From contig JAYOTG010000003.1 of assembly GCA_038150305.1 (NCBI GenBank), forward strand, positions 2,893-66,892: a stretch of 64,000 nucleotides of DNA, in the 5' to 3' direction. Below the pieces are notes generated by a model, which was not told where the DNA came from, did not search any database, and was given only the letters and a program-made list of their open reading frames with translations. The translations under genes and the position numbers were made by a program. Positions 63,009 to 64,000 of this stretch are shown here, piece after piece. Positions within the stretch are counted from its first letter, which is position 1, and every line of letters begins with the position of its first letter. The stretch is from Candidatus Poseidoniales archaeon (lineage in GTDB: Archaea > Thermoplasmatota > Poseidoniia > Poseidoniales > Poseidoniaceae).

Positions 63009-64000
63009 ATGGCGGGTCGTGACCTTCGACCTCGACCCCGGCCTCAGCGACCGCTTGGAAGCCGCCCAGAAGGACCGCGAGAGCGTTGGGCTCCTCCCGT
63101 GGCGCACGAAGGAGGCTGGACCGTCCCCGCCAAACTCGGTCAGCGCTTGCATGAAAAGAGCAAGTTGGGCCAACTCGACGGCAACGGCAACCTCGTCCTG
63201 TCATCTGAGGAAGTGCTGTTTTGCCATTGGAACCGTCACGTTTCCCTGCCATCGGATGCATGGCTCGAACAGGAACTGGTGGGCGATCCTAGCCTGCTCC
63301 AACGTGCGGTGATTTTGGACGTGGCTCGCTCTGGTGGCGAGATCCTCGTTCTCAACGAGATGGAAGACACTCGATGGGGCCTTCGTTGGTCCCGTCATGA
63401 GAAACCACCAGCCCCTCCGCAAGCCGTGGCTGACTGGTCCACGGCTGCAGCCGATGTCGATTGGTCAACGCTTCTCACACGCGCCATGCAAGACGATGCC
63501 GAACACCGGCTGACTGAGTGGTACATCATTGATGAGGAGTTTGATGTCACCATGTACCACGTTCACCCGGTCACATTCTCGGGTGCCCTCACGCCATGGT
63601 CGCAACTTGCGGATCGACAGCGTGACCGTCTGCGCCATGCTTGGAGCGTCAAAGTCCCTTGCGGTGACGGTTACCGGCTCCCACTCATCGACGGTTCCTG
63701 GCCCTGGACACAGGTTGGGACAACGCATGCCTCCGGTCGGCAGCTCAACGCCGAGGAATCTTCGATCATGGCGCATTTGGTCGAGGGGACTGGCCTGACC
63801 TCAATTTCCGCCAAGGCCCAACGCCTCATGGACGCGGGTGTGATGCTCCGCCCTGGCTTCAAGTACGGCTGTCGATGGCGGGCATACGACAACGAGATTG
63901 ACGTTGCTCATGCCCCTTGGTTGGTCCAAACCGAAGACCAGCGGCCTGAGCGGTGGCAAGAGGTGTGCCTCGCCGTCCGACTTGCCGAGGGCGTCAACAA
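63009..64000 (+). CDS. endA: tRNA-splicing endonuclease EndA (long, two-repeat alpha2-type), 3' end beyond the window
   Basis: Not in the track because there is no stop before the window end. The frame is open from ATG 63009 to 64000. Hand translation ends ...AQRLMDAGVMLRPGFKYGCRWRAYDNEIDVAHAPWLVQTEDQRPERWQEVCLAVRLAEGVN, which is the catalytic G.K.G..FR.Y....HA..LV signature. The N-terminal repeat has GGWTVPAKLGQRL...NLVLSSEEVLFCHW. The true start may be GTG 63099. Confidence 0.82.
   Translation, partial: MAGRDLRPRPRPQRPLGSRPEGPRERWAPPVAHEGGWTVPAKLGQRLHEKSKLGQLDGNGNLVLSSEEVLFCHWNRHVSLPSDAWLEQELVGDPSLLQRAVILDVARSGGEILVLNEMEDTRWGLRWSRHEKPPAPPQAVADWSTAAADVDWSTLLTRAMQDDAEHRLTEWYIIDEEFDVTMYHVHPVTFSGALTPWSQLADRQRDRLRHAWSVKVPCGDGYRLPLIDGSWPWTQVGTTHASGRQLNAEESSIMAHLVEGTGLTSISAKAQRLMDAGVMLRPGFKYGCRWRAYDNEIDVAHAPWLVQTEDQRPERWQEVCLAVRLAEGVN

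Noticed and set aside
1-64000. CRISPR arrays, IS elements/transposases, integrases, prophage genes, toxin-antitoxin pairs or known defence systems.
   Set aside because: I saw no regularly spaced identical direct repeats, no DDE/serine/tyrosine recombinase motifs, and no small paired ORFs of TA type. The window looks like core chromosome apart from the tRNA-Ser fragment.

Overview
This is a GC-rich (about 60% by eye), very gene-dense chromosomal segment of an archaeon. I count about 50 CDS, 2 tRNAs and 1 SRP RNA. Most spacers are under 150 bp and many neighbouring genes overlap by 1-30 nt. Archaeal hallmark genes include the conserved Rpo7(RpoE')-Spt4-S24e-S27ae cluster, archaeal-type DtdA, RtcB, archease, tRNA-splicing endonuclease EndA, a 7S SRP RNA, geranylgeranyl reductase, a CxxxY-type CcmE, and AlaRS and ValRS. 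The heavy load of thrombospondin-type-3 (TSP3) Ca-binding repeat surface proteins and membrane-anchored S8 peptidases recalls Marine Group II/Poseidoniales-like Thermoplasmatota, but that is inference only. Three real genes are missing from the supplied ORF track. The first is a >5.3-kb reverse-strand ORF (1-5357) that runs off the window start. The second is the 58-aa ribosomal protein S27ae (6666-6842). The third is EndA (63009->64000), which runs off the window end. I saw no rRNA, CRISPR array, transposase or integrase. The best candidates for something undescribed are: (i) a four-gene cluster at 28.0-32.5 kb combining an exonuclease-degenerate family-B polymerase, a lysine-less RecA/ImuA-like protein and an intact Y-family DinB polymerase, a possible archaeal mutasome-like translesion cassette; (ii) a lipoprotein fusing cysteine-containing TSP3 repeats to a PNGase F-like module (50.2-53.3 kb); (iii) a three-gene envelope module at 39.9-47.6 kb (polytopic TPR membrane protein, protein with about 25 TSP3 repeats, Ig/PKD-like anchored protein); (iv) a diverged duplicate of the 3' half of tRNA-Ser inside a long hairpin just downstream of the intact gene. 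All functional calls come from motif recognition by eye. No database search, HMM scan or folding program was run, and start codons are often ambiguous because the track mixes ATG, GTG and TTG starts.
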